Of a stretch of 59,668 nt of DNA, positions 1 to 8,649 are shown piece by piece; the first letter of the stretch is position 1, and every line of letters begins with the position of its first letter. Both the position numbers and the translations under genes were made by a program. The stretch comes from a virus. Its lineage: Duplodnaviria; Caudoviricetes. Location: the IMG/VR virus record IMGVR_UViG_3300031862_000785, positions 1-59,668 of that record; one strand, given 5' to 3'. Under the pieces are notes generated by a model. It was not told where the DNA came from. It did not search any database and saw only the letters and a list, made by a program, of their open reading frames with translations.

Positions 1-180
1 TGCGACTTGGTGCCTTCCCCTCGAGTGACGCCGTAAGCACGGAAGGACTCCCGCGGCGCTGGTGAATGCTCGGTCGTCGCCGCATGGGCTTATCCGTCGC
101 ACGTTCGTCTGCGGGAAGTTGCTCCGCAAACGGCCTCCTATATGTTCAGCCGTGCTCAGCGAACCCGGCCGCGAACTGGC

Positions 181-414
181 CTATTCTGTTTGTCGCTCAG
201 CCGCCGTCTCGCTCTCTTGCCAACGCCGCAGGCTGGTGCCTGGCTCATAGCCGCCCTCGATGTCGCCCTCGTAGACGAGGAGGGCGTCTTTCAAGAGCTT
301 CGCCAGGCTCATGCCGTGGCTCTCGGAGAGCGCCCGCATCCGCTCCGCAAAGTGGCCGCGGATCGCCACCGTCAGAAGGTCGGGGTGCGCACGAGGGCGC
401 GAACGGCGCGCCAC
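181..414 (-). CDS. Small putative ribbon-helix-helix/CopG-like DNA-binding protein
   Basis: GTG at 414 within ORF 181..729; LLTVAIRGHFAERMRALSESHGMSLAKLLKDALL has a beta-helix-helix pattern. Confidence 0.45.
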   Translation of the reverse strand: MARRSRPRAHPDLLTVAIRGHFAERMRALSESHGMSLAKLLKDALLVYEGDIEGGYEPGTSLRRWQESETAAERQTE

Positions 415-563
415 GTGCCCCTGTGTGCGGCTTTCGGCCCCGGCCTGCGGCTGTGCCTCGGCTGCCTGCGCTTCGCGCCGCTGTCGGCGCGTCTGTGCCC
501 CACGTTGCGCCGCTTCCCGTCGGCGCTGCCGCTGCTCCTCCAGCCGGGCTTCCGTTCGCTCTG

Positions 564-797
564 CTACTGCTTCTCGCTGCCTTCGTCTTGGCATTCTTCC
601 TTCTCCTCTCTTTTCCAGTCGCGTTTCGCTCTCCCGAGGACGTCCTCTATCTTCTCGATGACGTCCGGCGGAGGCGGTTTGAAGACCGCGTTCACGGCCT
701 TGTAGATGGCCTCCCGAATGCGCCGCCACAAGGCGTCATCGGGGTGCCCCTTGTCCTCATCATGGTTGTCCCTGCCCATCGGCTCCACCCACAACAT
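564..797 (-). CDS. Hypothetical protein
   Basis: ATG at 797 overlaps the upstream stop; AGGAG RBS. Confidence 0.5.
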   Translation of the reverse strand: MLWVEPMGRDNHDEDKGHPDDALWRRIREAIYKAVNAVFKPPPPDVIEKIEDVLGRAKRDWKREEKEECQDEGSEKQ

Positions 798-1021
798 CAC
801 TCTCCTAACCTCCTGGCCACCGCGATGAGCGAGGCCGCTCGACTGACGTTCACCCACCCGTCTTCGAAGCGCTTCTGGCGCTTGACCGTGCGGCTGGTCA
901 GCATATAGCGAGCCGACCCGTTGGGATGGACGAGGTAGGTGTGCTTCTGACCCTCCTTGCGGCTGTAGCCCTTGCTGAGCAGGTGCCGCTCGATGCGTTC
1001 CTTCGCCTCGATAGCGGTCAT
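797..1021 (-). CDS. Hypothetical protein
   Basis: 74-aa ORF, GAGGAG RBS, coupled to neighbours. Confidence 0.6.
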   Translation of the reverse strand: MTAIEAKERIERHLLSKGYSRKEGQKHTYLVHPNGSARYMLTSRTVKRQKRFEDGWVNVSRAASLIAVARRLGE

Positions 1022-1698
1022 CGGTTGCTCCTCACTTCAATCCTCTGGCGCTTCAGCGCGGCAGCAATCTGCGACACGTGCTCCTCCCCGAGAAGCGACC
1101 TCAAGCCCGGTTCCACCTCCAGCCACTCATCCAAGGTCACCTCGTTACCCATGTACCAACGTGTGAGGAGCCGATACTTCTCGGCGCACAGCATCCAGTT
1201 GAGCACGGAGATGGTCGGGTCCAGCGCCGCCATCGCCATCTGGGGGTTGTCGGTCGGGTCGTAGAGGGCGACCCGGGTGATGGCCTCGGTCGGAATCACC
1301 CCGGCATGGGCGCAGGTTCCCAGGGCTTGCAGGGACTCCTTCCAAAGCCCGTCCCATCGCCCAAGCGACAATACCAGGCGGTTGAGGTCAGCCCAGGACA
1401 TCTCGCGGCAACCCGGTTCCTGTCGTTTGAGCACCTGTGCGATGAAGTCTTCATCGGGTCGCAGCAGGCGCTCGTCCAGAGCAGCCAGCCTCACCTCCAC
1501 CAGCGCGTGCCGCTCGCCTTCCGCCGCGGCTCCGGCCGCGAAATAGGGTGCGTATCCCTCGGCGAGATATACTCGGTCAGAGGCCGACGGCACGGTGCCC
1601 CATGTGCTTGGCCGCTCGCCGCGGCGCGGCATGATTCCGTCCTGCAGAATCGCCTTCACCGCGCCCTCCGCTGTCCCGTGATACAGAAACTCTCGCAT
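1018..1698 (-). CDS. Putative ADP-ribosyltransferase-fold protein (Tpt1/PARP-like)
   Basis: ATG at 1698 overlaps the GATase stop; LYHGT...ILQDGIMPR...RVYLA...YFA resembles the ART-fold signature. Confidence 0.55.
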   Translation of the reverse strand: MREFLYHGTAEGAVKAILQDGIMPRRGERPSTWGTVPSASDRVYLAEGYAPYFAAGAAAEGERHALVEVRLAALDERLLRPDEDFIAQVLKRQEPGCREMSWADLNRLVLSLGRWDGLWKESLQALGTCAHAGVIPTEAITRVALYDPTDNPQMAMAALDPTISVLNWMLCAEKYRLLTRWYMGNEVTLDEWLEVEPGLRSLLGEEHVSQIAAALKRQRIEVRSNR

Positions 1699-2405
1699 CA
1701 CAGGCCCTCCCATGCGAGGTCGGCCGTGGCTTCCAGGCGGTAGATCACACCCGGCTCGACCCATGCGAAGCTCGCCAGCAGCCCCGCCTCGCACAGCGCC
1801 TTCTCCGCTATCTCCTCCGTGGACGCCCACCAGACAGCGGGCATATCCTCGACGCGAAAAGCAACCAAGGGCATCTCCCCGTTGGTCCAGGCGAGCATCG
1901 CGTGGGCAGTGCCGTTGATGGCGAGCACCGACTGCTTGCCGCCCAGCGCCAGGCACACGTCCGGCCCCTCGACAACGCCGTATCGGTCGAGAGCCTGCGC
2001 CAGGATTTCCGAGTCGCACTGCGACCTCATCTGCAGGCCGAGGATGGCTGCCTTGCGTTCGTGCTGCGGGATGAACCCGTTGTGTACCAGCGCCCAGTCG
2101 CCCGCCAGGTGGGGATGATTGTTGCCGTTCACGGCGGGCGCTCCGGTCGTGGCGAGCCGGGTGTGGCCGATTGCCATGACCACGCTCTTGCGGCGGAGAG
2201 CAGCAAACTCTCTGCCCAGAAAAAGGTCGCGCGCCGGCCCCGGTTGCCGCTGCCACAGCAACTCGCCGCCAGAGGTGAGCGCGGCGAAGCCAGCCGCGTC
2301 CACTCCGCGCTCCTCGGAGGCAACCGACAGTTCTACCATCAGGCGGTGGGCGAGCGCCCACTCGCGGCGGGTGAGGTTGCCTGCGAATCCGAAGACCCCG
2401 CACAT
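1698..2405 (-). CDS. Class II glutamine amidotransferase (Ntn hydrolase)
   Basis: Begins MCGVFG (catalytic Cys2); RGVDAAG, GHTRLAT, HP, HNG and DSE motifs. Confidence 0.9.
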   Translation of the reverse strand: MCGVFGFAGNLTRREWALAHRLMVELSVASEERGVDAAGFAALTSGGELLWQRQPGPARDLFLGREFAALRRKSVVMAIGHTRLATTGAPAVNGNNHPHLAGDWALVHNGFIPQHERKAAILGLQMRSQCDSEILAQALDRYGVVEGPDVCLALGGKQSVLAINGTAHAMLAWTNGEMPLVAFRVEDMPAVWWASTEEIAEKALCEAGLLASFAWVEPGVIYRLEATADLAWEGL

Positions 2406-2406
2406 C

Positions 2407-2604
2407 TCACGTCTCCAGCATGTCCGCGATAAACTGGACGGCCTCGGCAACCTCCGCCGGCCCGTAGGCGCCTGGCTGAATGCTCAGGGGATATGGGTTG
2501 CTCAAGCTTTCCTCATCGAAGTCAGGGATGATGAGGTCGCATCCACCGACTGCCCGGAGCTGCTCGGCTGCCTCTCGAAGCAGGGTCACAACAGTCTTTG
2601 TCAT
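2407..2604 (-). CDS. Hypothetical protein
   Basis: 65-aa ORF with GAGGAGG RBS inside the operon. Confidence 0.6.
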   Translation of the reverse strand: MTKTVVTLLREAAEQLRAVGGCDLIIPDFDEESLSNPYPLSIQPGAYGPAEVAEAVQFIADMLET

Positions 2605-2622
2605 GTTCTTTTCCTCCTCGCA

Positions 2623-3570
2623 TCATCGGGCGTCCGCCCGGTCGTACTTGCGGGCCAGCCTCTTCAGTTCTGCCTTTACTGGCTTGAGGTCAGCCAGGTC
2701 TGCAATCCATCCCGCCATCTCGACCTGCGGCTTGCCGACATCCCGGCGGCCCAGCGTCCATCCCGCCAGGTAGAAGAACCGGTTGAGTTCCCGCAGCCCC
2801 TTGCCCCTCACGTGGTAGGTGCGCTCGCTGGCAAGCGCGTCCCAATCCATCTTCGCGGTCTCGGTGGCTCGCTCGCAGAGGGCGAGTGCCATCTGGATGT
2901 GGGCCACCATCTTCGTCCACTCGACCGTTCCGGCTCCGTGGCGGAACTCCACCGTGGCCTTGCGGGTGAACAGGTTGGTCAGGTTCAGGGTGTGGTAGCG
3001 AGCCAGTCCGTAGACCGCATCCTGGAGTGCTTCCCGCTTGCGAGTATCGGGAGCGCGGCGCACCCTGTCGGCGGCGTTCTTCTGCGCCTTGATGCTGCGG
3101 GCGTAGCCGCCGTTCTCTCTGCGGTGGGTTCCGGTCGAGGCGTAGAGTGCCGTCTCGTGCATCGCCACGTGGTAGAGGAGCTTGGCCACCCACTCGGCGA
3201 CCTTGGTGAAGCTCTCGCCGGCGACGGCCTCCGCTGAGCAGTGCACGTGGAGCCCCGCTGTGGTGTTCACGACTGCCCCTAGGCCCTTGAGCGTCTGCGC
3301 CACCTGCTTGACCTGTTCGATTCCGGCCCGCCCATGCAGTATGGGGCTCACAATCTCGACGGGGACGTAACCGCGCCGGTCGGTGCGCAGGCTGCCGTCC
3401 CGCTCTGCTGTCCACCCTTGGGGGAAGGGCGAGGGGAGCGGGTGGCCGTGGTGGTAGGAGCCGATGCTGATGCCCAGGTCGTTGATCGCCCGGTCAGGAA
3501 AGAAGCACTCGATCTCCACTCCCCATCGGTAGGCTTCCGCCTTGCTGCTCGTTATCTGCGTCTGCGCCAT
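2623..3570 (-). CDS. Putative amidoligase (COOH-NH2 ligase, Amidoligase_2-like)
   Basis: WGVEIE, DGSL, EIVSPIL, AGLHVH, RYHTLNL and TVEFR motifs. Confidence 0.88.
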   Translation of the reverse strand: MAQTQITSSKAEAYRWGVEIECFFPDRAINDLGISIGSYHHGHPLPSPFPQGWTAERDGSLRTDRRGYVPVEIVSPILHGRAGIEQVKQVAQTLKGLGAVVNTTAGLHVHCSAEAVAGESFTKVAEWVAKLLYHVAMHETALYASTGTHRRENGGYARSIKAQKNAADRVRRAPDTRKREALQDAVYGLARYHTLNLTNLFTRKATVEFRHGAGTVEWTKMVAHIQMALALCERATETAKMDWDALASERTYHVRGKGLRELNRFFYLAGWTLGRRDVGKPQVEMAGWIADLADLKPVKAELKRLARKYDRADAR

Positions 3571-3607
3571 TCTGGTGCCTCGCTATCACACACCTGTTTG
3601 CCATGAC

Positions 3608-3636
3608 ATTCATGCCTGCTTTGGCCGGAAAGTCAA
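3608..3636 (-). promoter_or_regulatory. Putative promoter of the amidoligase operon
   Basis: TTGACT-N17-ATGAAT, lying just after a terminator and upstream of the ATG. Confidence 0.5.
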
Positions 3637-3671
3637 GGTCCAAATGAGTGGTTTCTTGGCGAGGTGAGGCG

Positions 3672-3706
3672 GAAAGAAAGACCCCGCCGCGGCTGAGCGG
3701 GGCCTG
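3672..3706 (-). terminator. Intrinsic terminator ending the late/lysis operon
   Basis: Minus strand GGCCCCGC-loop-GCGGGGTC followed by TTTCTTT. Confidence 0.65.
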
Positions 3707-3731
3707 TTCTCCTGATTCCGCCGCGGCTGAC

Positions 3732-3983
3732 CTACTCGGTGAGCGCGTCAAGGCCCCAGACGAACACTGGCAGGCCCTCGGTGAAGCGCGCCTGCTCCTC
3801 GGGCGAGAGCCGCCCCAGCCACCGCTGCACCCCGGGATCATCCAGGATGGCGACCGAGGCCGGCTGGTAGGACTCGCTGGTGACTGCGGGGTCGCTTGCG
3901 TGAACCGACTTCAGGTTCTCGAACAGCGTGCCCAACCTGATCGCCAGATACAGATACTTCATCCATGCCCACAACTTGATCAC
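3732..3983 (-). CDS. Hypothetical protein (lysis region)
   Basis: 83-aa ORF with AAGGAGG RBS. Confidence 0.6.
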   Translation of the reverse strand: MIKLWAWMKYLYLAIRLGTLFENLKSVHASDPAVTSESYQPASVAILDDPGVQRWLGRLSPEEQARFTEGLPVFVWGLDALTE

Positions 3984-4004
3984 CTCCTTTCTTCTCTGCG
4001 TTCG

Positions 4005-4481
4005 TCACCCCAGCGCTACCGGGGTGTAAAGCTCCTGCACTTTGCAGGCGAGGTTGAACGAAGGGCGCACCGGGCCGATGGTCACTCCGTAACGACTGCC
4101 CCGCGCCTCCAGGAGATAGCCGTTGCCGAGCGAGATCGCTACGTGTCCGATCTGGTGAGGCTTGCTCGCGTAGGCGCTCGCGGATCGGATGAAGAGCAGC
4201 GCGCCAGGCAGTTTGACCCCGGCCTCGAACGGGATGGACACGGAGCGCTCCCACTGGAACCCGGCGCCGTCGAAGACATTGATCGGCGTGACTCGACCCT
4301 TCGAATCGGTGACCTGCTCAATGCCGACCTGGGCGAGCAGATGCTGAACCAGTTCGGAGCAGTCCCAGGTCTTGAGCGACTCTTCAGGCTGCCCTTCGCT
4401 TCCGAGCACGTACGGCTTGCCGACTTCCTTGAGCGCCAGCACCAGCAGGTGGGCGGTCTTCGTTGGCCGCCAGGGCTTCAT
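4005..4481 (-). CDS. NlpC/P60 cell-wall peptidase, probable endolysin
   Basis: GKPYVLG, WDCSELV (catalytic Cys), PGALLF and GHVAI motifs. Confidence 0.85.
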   Translation of the reverse strand: MKPWRPTKTAHLLVLALKEVGKPYVLGSEGQPEESLKTWDCSELVQHLLAQVGIEQVTDSKGRVTPINVFDGAGFQWERSVSIPFEAGVKLPGALLFIRSASAYASKPHQIGHVAISLGNGYLLEARGSRYGVTIGPVRPSFNLACKVQELYTPVALG

Positions 4482-4741
4482 CCGTTTTCACCATTCAGTC
4501 GGCGGCATACCTGCTCCAGACCATCTTTCACCTGAAGCAGCGCCTCAGTCGTGTGACGGGCGTGGTTGACGACGAACTCGTTGTGCTCGCGACGCATCTC
4601 CTTGCGCTCCTGCCGCTCGGCCTCGCGCTCCAGTCTGCTCGCCCGCATCTCCGCGATGAAGGCGCGCACCATGGGCACGAGCACGGCCAGCATCATGAGC
4701 GCCACCAGGCCGGTTGCGCCGTATTCCAAGAACTGGTTCAT
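4478..4741 (-). CDS. Holin-like membrane protein
   Basis: One N-terminal TM segment, charged C-terminus, directly upstream of the peptidase. Confidence 0.55.
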   Translation of the reverse strand: MNQFLEYGATGLVALMMLAVLVPMVRAFIAEMRASRLEREAERQERKEMRREHNEFVVNHARHTTEALLQVKDGLEQVCRRLNGENG

Positions 4742-4747
4742 CTGGCT

Positions 4748-5086
4748 CTACCCCACGGCGTCGAGATACACGGTCAGGTTGCAGTTCGCTCCTGCCGCCT
4801 TCGCCTGAACTCGCAGCCAGCGATCAACCTTTGTCATGCGATACGCCGCGCTCGCTCCGGCCGCGAGGGTAGGAATCCCCGTTCCCGTCAGGTCTTCCGC
4901 GAACCAGGGGCCGCTCGCCGTCGGCCCGACTTCAATCTTCGCGTCCGCCAGCGCCGCGCCGCCGGCCGCGTTGCTGAGGGTGACGGTCTTCATCGGGTAC
5001 TCGCCCAGGTCGCGCGGTGGAAGGATGACCTCCAGTGCGGCCTGCGAGACCCCGTTCTTCGTGACGCTCTCGTGATAGGTGGGCAT
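4748..5086 (-). CDS. Hypothetical beta-rich virion protein
   Basis: MPTYHES start at 5086 with AAGGAG RBS, inside ORF 4748..5473. Confidence 0.65.
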   Translation of the reverse strand: MPTYHESVTKNGVSQAALEVILPPRDLGEYPMKTVTLSNAAGGAALADAKIEVGPTASGPWFAEDLTGTGIPTLAAGASAAYRMTKVDRWLRVQAKAAGANCNLTVYLDAVG

Positions 5087-5091
5087 GTGCG

Positions 5092-6270
5092 TTATCTCCT
5101 TCGTCTGCGAATGACCGTAGTGATGTCCGCCAGGTTGTCGTCCAGAGCCTGGATGGTCGCGCTCGCCTTGTTGCTGTAGGCGCTGTCGCCGTAGTCGTTG
5201 TAGGCCCTGACGCGGTAGTAGTAGGTGCCAGGCGGTACGCCCTCGTCCGCATAGGAAGTAGCGTTCTGCCCGGCCGTGCCTATCTGGGAATAAGAGCCGC
5301 CTTCGGGTTTGCGCTCGACCTTGTAGCCGGTCTCGTCCGTCGCGTTGTCCGTCCACGCCAGGTTGACCGTCGAGGCCGACGGCGTGGCCGAGAGGCCGGT
5401 GGGCGCAGCCTGGATCGCGGTGGTGCTGGCCTCGTTGCTCCAGGCCGAATCGCCGTCGGCGTTGTAGGCGCACACTCGGTAGTAGTAGGTCGCGTTGCCG
5501 ATAACCGCCGTGTCCGCGTAGGTGGTGACGTTCGCCCCCACCGTGTCTATCTGGCTCCAGGTGCCGCCTGCCCCCAACTTGCGTTGTATCTTGAAGCCCG
5601 TCTTATTGTTGGAGTTGTCAGTCCAGGAAAGGTCGATCCGGTTCGCGCCGTTGGGCGCTACCGACAGATTCGAAGGAGCCGCCGGCGCGGCCAGGTAGTC
5701 AACCACCAGGGCAGGTTTGTATTGCTCGCCCTGAGCGGAATCGTCCGACTCGTAGATGCTCCACTTCAGGTCGCTCTCCACCTCGCACTTGAGAATGACC
5801 CCGCAGTTCGGGTAGGTGCCGTTCAGCCAGTCCTTGAGCAGTTGCGTGATGTCGTAGTAATCAGTGCTCCAGTCGCTCGGGTTGTCGGGGCTGGAGATGG
5901 TCACCACCGCGGGCGAAGCGAAGTCGCCGCCAGCCGCGCCCCAAGCTGTGCCGGTCTGCCGGCTGTTCCAGGTGACCTGCGCCTCGACCCAGGCAGCGGT
6001 CAGCCGGTGGCAGGAGATGTTGTAGGCGGCGTCGCTGTGGTTGTTGAGCGCCCCGTTGAAACTCACGCGGACACGCGCCTGGACGATCTGGGATGCCTGC
6101 TGCGGGATGAGCTGCACCAGGTCGAACTCGACCAGAGCACGGTAGTGATAGTTGGCGATGGTGGCGTGCCAGCGCACCGCGATATCGGCATGGCTGCCGT
6201 GGTTGTAGTCCGGCTGGCCCTGCTGGATGTCGGCTGCTTTCGTTGACAGCAGTATCTGCTGGCTTGCCAC
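5092..6270 (-). CDS. DNRLRE-like domain plus two fibronectin type III repeats (tail/adhesion protein)
   Basis: RALVEFDL, W.EAQVTWN, DITQLLKDW.NG..PN.G; two FN3 repeats (WTDN...GFKIQRK/GYKVERK...YYYRV.AYN..GDS). Confidence 0.8.
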   Translation of the reverse strand: MASQQILLSTKAADIQQGQPDYNHGSHADIAVRWHATIANYHYRALVEFDLVQLIPQQASQIVQARVRVSFNGALNNHSDAAYNISCHRLTAAWVEAQVTWNSRQTGTAWGAAGGDFASPAVVTISSPDNPSDWSTDYYDITQLLKDWLNGTYPNCGVILKCEVESDLKWSIYESDDSAQGEQYKPALVVDYLAAPAAPSNLSVAPNGANRIDLSWTDNSNNKTGFKIQRKLGAGGTWSQIDTVGANVTTYADTAVIGNATYYYRVCAYNADGDSAWSNEASTTAIQAAPTGLSATPSASTVNLAWTDNATDETGYKVERKPEGGSYSQIGTAGQNATSYADEGVPPGTYYYRVRAYNDYGDSAYSNKASATIQALDDNLADITTVIRRRRR

Positions 6271-6271
6271 T

Positions 6272-6526
6272 CTACACTCCCGTCTGGCGGACCGGGCCGA
6301 GCATGGCGATGGGCTTTCCGGTCTCGCCGCTCACCATGAGAGCCACGCTCTGTCCATCCATCGCCTGCGCGTCTCCGGCCGCAGGCACCTCGTACTCGCT
6401 GCCTGCTATCTGGACCCGATAGCGGCCGCTGCCGAGGTAGCCCGCGACCGTCCCGATCGCTGCCCGGTCACCCTTCTGCGCCAGTCGCTTGATTGCCCAA
6501 TAGAGTCTGCTCACTCGGGTGTCCAC
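6272..6526 (-). CDS. Small OB-fold-like tail protein
   Basis: GTG at 6526; GTVAGYLGSGRYRVQIAGSEYEV. Confidence 0.55.
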   Translation of the reverse strand: MDTRVSRLYWAIKRLAQKGDRAAIGTVAGYLGSGRYRVQIAGSEYEVPAAGDAQAMDGQSVALMVSGETGKPIAMLGPVRQTGV

Positions 6527-8649
6527 TCCACGGTCCCGTGGTAGCCGTCCCAGTCGATGAAGAGGCCCCACAGCTTCGGGCCGGGGACTCGATGTGGCGC
6601 CGTCCACCAGGAGATGTCGGCGCCCGCGGTGGAGAGATCATCGCCGCCGCTCTCCACGTCGCCCTCATCCGCGTTGAAGATGTGGCAGTAGTCGTTGAAG
6701 CCGCCGCCATGCATTACCAGGACTTCCTGGTCTTCGTCCCAGGACAGCCGAGGCGGCTCCTCGCTGTAGGGCCAGCCGTCGCTCGCACGCACAGGGCTAC
6801 CCATGCTGACACCGTCGTCGCTCACGAAGAGAGGTGCGTAATACCACTCGTCAGGCGTGGGGTAGCCGCCCGATTCGAGGTAGCACAGGTGCGGCTCGCC
6901 TTCGTAAAGCAGGATGGTTCCCAGGCGGAAACTGCGGCCGCTCTCTGTGATCAGACTGACCTCGCTGCCCCATACACCGCCGGTCGTGCGCCGCCGCGCA
7001 GAGAGACCCCAGGAAGTGCTCTGGTAGACCGCGGCGGCCAATCCGCCGCCGAGCGCCACAACGCCGCAGCGGTCTCCGAGCCACGACCACGGATACCAGC
7101 CGAAGACCTTCTCCCACGTCACGCCGCTCGCCCAGGAGCGCGGCGCGTTCGAGTGGCCCACCGCCAGACAGCGATAGGACTGGTTCGTGGGACTGTTGGG
7201 CGGAGGCGCGCCGATGCCGTCGCCGGTGTCGTCGATCCACTCTTGGTCGTTCTGGTTGTTGTTGATCGTCCCGACCAGGCCATAGACGCCACCGTCGGCC
7301 TGGGTGCGGTAGATGCGGCGCGCGATGGTGCCTGGTGGCCCCTGGTCGATGTTCCAGACGCGGGTGCGCTTCGCCGGAAGAGTGTTCGTGGTCGGCGGCT
7401 GCGGCCCGCTGGATACCGGGCCGAACACCTCGATGTAGTCCGTGTTCCAGTCGGGCTGGGTATGGATCAGGTAGCATGGGCCTCCTGCGGAAGTCGCATA
7501 GTAGACCTTGCGCCCGCCGTTGCGCAGGGAGCGCGGAATCGCCATGCGGATGGAGCGGTTGTTGGTGGGCAGGTTATAGGCTCCATAGCTGCCTGGCGTG
7601 GTCTCGCCATCCCCTGAGCTGCTATCGCTCTTGTAGAAGGTCACCTTGAAGTAGTGGTAGCCAGCCTGGAATGTGCCCACGTTCGGATTGGAGAACTGAC
7701 TGGGCGCGCCGGAGAGAGCGGCCTGCGCGCGAGTCGTCACCTGCCGGTAGTAGCCGCATCCCAGCTCGCTGCTCGCCGACGGGTAAGCAAGAGCGTAGCG
7801 GTAGTTGCCAACCAGGAGATCATCGCCGTAGAGCAGATCCACCCACGGCATCTGCACAGTCACCTTTGGCGAAGTGACGAGCCAGAGATAGCCATCCGGG
7901 GCGATCTCCAGGCCGTTGTAGTCGGGCGTGTAGCCCGGGCCGAAGCCATCCACGTATGGCAGACCGAGATCAACCGGCGAGTCCAGGCTGAGCGCGCCGG
8001 TATCGGGGTTGATCGTGCCCTTCACGCCTTGGAGGGCGTTCGCGGTCTGCTGCCCCGCTTCCCAGAGAAACTGGCGGTGCCACCAGGCGAACAAACTGTC
8101 CTGATCGTCCACCAGCAGGCAGGGAGTTCTCCAGCCCGGGCCGCTGGTGCGATAGTAGGGATCGCCGATGTAGGGGAAGTCGATGTGCGCCTTGCTTGCC
8201 CAGCCGGACGGCGAGAGCAGGTTATCCTTGTCCCCGCGGTAGAAATGCAGGCGGAAGACATCGCCCAATGCTTCACACACCGCAGTCCACGCGTGCCCCT
8301 TGCTGTCGACGGCGCAGCAGGGAGCGGAGTTGTCATACTGACCGTTGTCGAAGCTGGCGGTGATGACGCGGCCCCACGCGCCTGTCCAAGTCGGCAGAGA
8401 TCTCCCCGACGGAAGAACCAATGGTGGCCGCGGCCGTACGTTGCGAGCAGTCACCAGCGTGCCCCGATCAAGCCGCAGCCAGGGAACGCGCTCGCCAACC
8501 GCGGGCGCGGCATTGCCCGCCACGAGCACCCGCTCCTGGCGATTCTCCAGGCGCACCTCGCTTGGGCCGAGCGCCTGCGCAACCTTGCCCCAGCCGCAGG
8601 TTCGGTGAGCGGAAAGGATGCGCTGCACTATCGAGGACAGGCGGCTCAC
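6511..8649 (-). CDS. Putative tail fibre/receptor-binding protein
   Basis: W/G/Y-rich beta protein downstream of the hub gene; GTG at 8649 with GGAGG RBS overlaps the upstream stop (alternative starts 8664, 8688). Confidence 0.65.
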   Translation of the reverse strand: MSRLSSIVQRILSAHRTCGWGKVAQALGPSEVRLENRQERVLVAGNAAPAVGERVPWLRLDRGTLVTARNVRPRPPLVLPSGRSLPTWTGAWGRVITASFDNGQYDNSAPCCAVDSKGHAWTAVCEALGDVFRLHFYRGDKDNLLSPSGWASKAHIDFPYIGDPYYRTSGPGWRTPCLLVDDQDSLFAWWHRQFLWEAGQQTANALQGVKGTINPDTGALSLDSPVDLGLPYVDGFGPGYTPDYNGLEIAPDGYLWLVTSPKVTVQMPWVDLLYGDDLLVGNYRYALAYPSASSELGCGYYRQVTTRAQAALSGAPSQFSNPNVGTFQAGYHYFKVTFYKSDSSSGDGETTPGSYGAYNLPTNNRSIRMAIPRSLRNGGRKVYYATSAGGPCYLIHTQPDWNTDYIEVFGPVSSGPQPPTTNTLPAKRTRVWNIDQGPPGTIARRIYRTQADGGVYGLVGTINNNQNDQEWIDDTGDGIGAPPPNSPTNQSYRCLAVGHSNAPRSWASGVTWEKVFGWYPWSWLGDRCGVVALGGGLAAAVYQSTSWGLSARRRTTGGVWGSEVSLITESGRSFRLGTILLYEGEPHLCYLESGGYPTPDEWYYAPLFVSDDGVSMGSPVRASDGWPYSEEPPRLSWDEDQEVLVMHGGGFNDYCHIFNADEGDVESGGDDLSTAGADISWWTAPHRVPGPKLWGLFIDWDGYHGTVEWTPE

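Noticed and set aside
1-180. att site or terminal repeat matching the right end
   Set aside because: No convincing direct repeat between the window ends was found by eye; serine-integrase cores are too short to call.
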